DNA from: Candidatus Poribacteria bacterium
Lineage (GTDB): Bacteria; Poribacteria; WGA-4E; WGA-3G
DNA length: 64,000 nt
Reading direction: 5' to 3'
Assembly: GCA_965215265.1 (NCBI GenBank)
Contig: OZ244048.1
Location: 32,001-96,000, forward strand
How positions within the stretch are numbered: position 1 is the stretch's first letter; every line of letters starts with the position of its first letter. Below, piece by piece: positions 61,923-64,000 of the stretch. The notes under the pieces were generated by a model. It saw only the letters and a list, made by a program, of their open reading frames with translations. It did not search any database and had not been told where the DNA came from. The position numbers were made by a program, and so were the translations under genes.

Positions 61923-62753
61923 TTACCACATCACCGTGCCATCGCAATTGATGTCTTGACCGGTCATGTTAGCGGCATCGTCCGATGCAAGAAAGGATGC
62001 GAGGGCAGCAGCATCCTCGCATCCGGCACCTTTATCACTATACCCTTCATCAGTGCACCACCTGCCAGCGAGAACGCGTTTCGGATTTGACTGTGTAAGG
62101 CGTGTCCGAACTACTTCCTCATCAAAAGGCTTGTTCATGTATTCAGCTCTTCCGCGTGCGAGTTCGACGCTTCTCTCTTCATGCCAGCCCGGGCAGATAG
62201 CATTCACGGTAATGTTGTAACGTCCTACGTCGGCAGCAAGTGTTCTTGTGAAACCGATAACTCCCATTTTGGAAGTGGCATAAGGTGCTCTGTGGGAAAG
62301 CGGTTGCTTTCCTGTGCCGGAGCTAAAATTTATGATTCTCCCGTAACGCTTGCGTATCATTTCAGGCAAAACTGCCTTAGAGCAGAGAAAGAGGGAATCG
62401 AGGTTTACCTCAAGGGTACGCCTCCATTCTGACAACGTCATGTCCCAAATGTCTTTAGTCGGTCCGGCGATTCCGACAACGTTGGCAAGTATATCGACAG
62501 TGCCAAAATTTTCGATCGTTGCTGCAACCATTTCGTTGACAGATTCCTCTTGCGAAACATCGGTCTCAAAACAGTGCACATTTCCGCCGGCTGCCCTAAT
62601 TGTGGTTCCGACTTTCGCTTCTAATTCCTGCACGGAGATAATATCACAGAGTGCGACGGCTGCGCCTTCTTTGGCGAATCGTCGTGCCACGGCTTCGGCA
62701 TGTCCTCTACCCGCCCCGGTTATAATTGCGACTTTATGCTCTAACTGTCCCAT
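61923..62753 (-). CDS. SDR family oxidoreductase
   Basis: 'AIITGAGRG', 'YATSK', 'VNAICPG', 'TGQDINCDG'. Confidence 0.92.
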   Translation of the reverse strand: MGQLEHKVAIITGAGRGHAEAVARRFAKEGAAVALCDIISVQELEAKVGTTIRAAGGNVHCFETDVSQEESVNEMVAATIENFGTVDILANVVGIAGPTKDIWDMTLSEWRRTLEVNLDSLFLCSKAVLPEMIRKRYGRIINFSSGTGKQPLSHRAPYATSKMGVIGFTRTLAADVGRYNITVNAICPGWHEERSVELARGRAEYMNKPFDEEVVRTRLTQSNPKRVLAGRWCTDEGYSDKGAGCEDAAALASFLASDDAANMTGQDINCDGTVMW

Positions 62754-62756
62754 TTT

Positions 62757-64000
62757 CTAGTCCTTTGTTGTCTCGGTTTCTGGTTTGTCTCTGAAATCTT
62801 GGCTCTGGATGCCATATTTTTGCATCCGATGCTGAAGTTTCCGTCGCGAAATTCCTAATAATTGTGCTGCTTTGATTTGCTGCCCACCAGTTTTTGTCAA
62901 GGCACTACAGACGTATTCTTTGATAATTTCCTCTAATGAAACGCCGTCCTCGGGTATATCAAATTCAACGTCTGTTGATGGAAGAGAGGCATCTAAAATT
63001 TCAGGTGGCAATTCTTCTTTGTCAATGACTTCGTTTTCTGAAAGTACGAAGATGCGTCGAAGATAGTTTTCCAACTGACGTATATTGCCGGGCCATTGGT
63101 ATCGTCTGAGAGCTGACATAGCTTGTGATGTCAATTGTTTAGATGGTGCTCCGGCGTACTCGCTAGTGAATTTCTGAATTAGGAAATTCACAAGTTTTGG
63201 GATGTCTTGTGCTCGTTCCCGCAGTGGCGGTACGTGAAGTGGAATGACGTTCAATCGAAAATAGAGATCTTCCCGGAATGTGCCGTTTCGGACGGCTTCA
63301 ATCAAGTTTTTATTTGTAGCGGCAATGACACAGACATCGACTTTAATGTTCTTGGTTCCACCGACTCGACGTATTTCTCGCTCCTCTAGTATATGTAGGA
63401 GTTTGCTCTGTGTCTGTATGGGCAGGTCAGCGATTTCATCTAGGAAGAGTATACCTTGGTTGGCAACTTCAAACATGCCTTGCTTCTGTCGGACTGCATC
63501 TGTAAAGGCCCCGCGTTCGTGTCCAAAGAGTTCGCTTTCAATTAAGGTCTCTGGGATGGCCCCACAGTTAATTGCGACGAACGGTTTGCTTTTTCGAGGT
63601 CCATGTTTGTGGATTTGTCGTGCGATAAGGCTTTTTCCTGCGCCAGTCTCGCCTGTAATGAGAACCTGCATGACGCTGCGGTGGATAATTCGGGTCATGT
63701 TTTTAAAAAGCGCCTGCATTTTCTGACTCTCCCCAACGATGTCGTTAAAAGGAATTGTTGGCGTGGCATCATCGCTGTCGGTTCCGCTTTGTGAAACCAG
63801 TGCTCCGCGGGTTTGCAGGGCGTGCTTTACCTCACGTTTGAGGACATCAATTTGGATCGGTTTTTCAAGGTAGTAGAACGCGCCTTCATGTGCAACCAGA
63901 TTTACGGCATCATTGAGTTCTGCAAACGCTGTCATGATGAGTACCGGCAGTCCGGGGTCGTTGCGTTTGATTTCTCGAAGTAGGTCTCGACCTGCAAAGC
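62757..64000 (-). CDS. Sigma-54-dependent NtrC-family response regulator (5' end outside the window)
   Basis: 'GETGAGKS', 'ESELFGHERGAFTDA', 'LFLDEI', 'WPGNIRQL', HTH; partial receiver domain. Confidence 0.95.
   Translation of the reverse strand, partial: FAGRDLLREIKRNDPGLPVLIMTAFAELNDAVNLVAHEGAFYYLEKPIQIDVLKREVKHALQTRGALVSQSGTDSDDATPTIPFNDIVGESQKMQALFKNMTRIIHRSVMQVLITGETGAGKSLIARQIHKHGPRKSKPFVAINCGAIPETLIESELFGHERGAFTDAVRQKQGMFEVANQGILFLDEIADLPIQTQSKLLHILEEREIRRVGGTKNIKVDVCVIAATNKNLIEAVRNGTFREDLYFRLNVIPLHVPPLRERAQDIPKLVNFLIQKFTSEYAGAPSKQLTSQAMSALRRYQWPGNIRQLENYLRRIFVLSENEVIDKEELPPEILDASLPSTDVEFDIPEDGVSLEEIIKEYVCSALTKTGGQQIKAAQLLGISRRKLQHRMQKYGIQSQDFRDKPETETTKD

Overview
Bacterial chromosomal window, most likely Candidatus Poribacteria. 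This is an inference from PhyH dioxygenases, ankyrin/WD40/TPR/LRR proteins, PQQ-type propellers, a 'QNYPNPFNPETWIPYQL' FlgD tail and repeated 'KLTTTWxxLK' C-termini. Left part (3.9-22.7 kb): a co-oriented, scar-interrupted candidate small-molecule pathway with three PQQ-like propellers, an EhpF/LuxE-like adenylating enzyme, a LuxC/EhpG-like reductase, a HemN-like radical SAM enzyme, a PaaK-like ligase, a flavin halogenase-like enzyme and a TAXI receptor. Next come tRNA-Phe and tRNA-Thr, then TPR, dsbD, a PorX-like gene and glcDE. A defence islet (31.4-40.2 kb) is bracketed by 15-bp direct repeats and holds a type III R-M system whose mod is frameshifted at a G9 tract, a DUF2280-like gene and an Rpn nuclease with an internal start. 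Further right: an RND pump, TPP riboswitch-thiC, an LRR surface protein frameshifted at a C9 tract, and a second PD-(D/E)XK-like nuclease with an internal SD+ATG flanked by ~120-bp direct repeats. The window ends with a degenerate EF-Tu paralogue and housekeeping or transport genes. No CRISPR array or rRNA was seen. All family calls come from motif recognition by eye, not from database searches.
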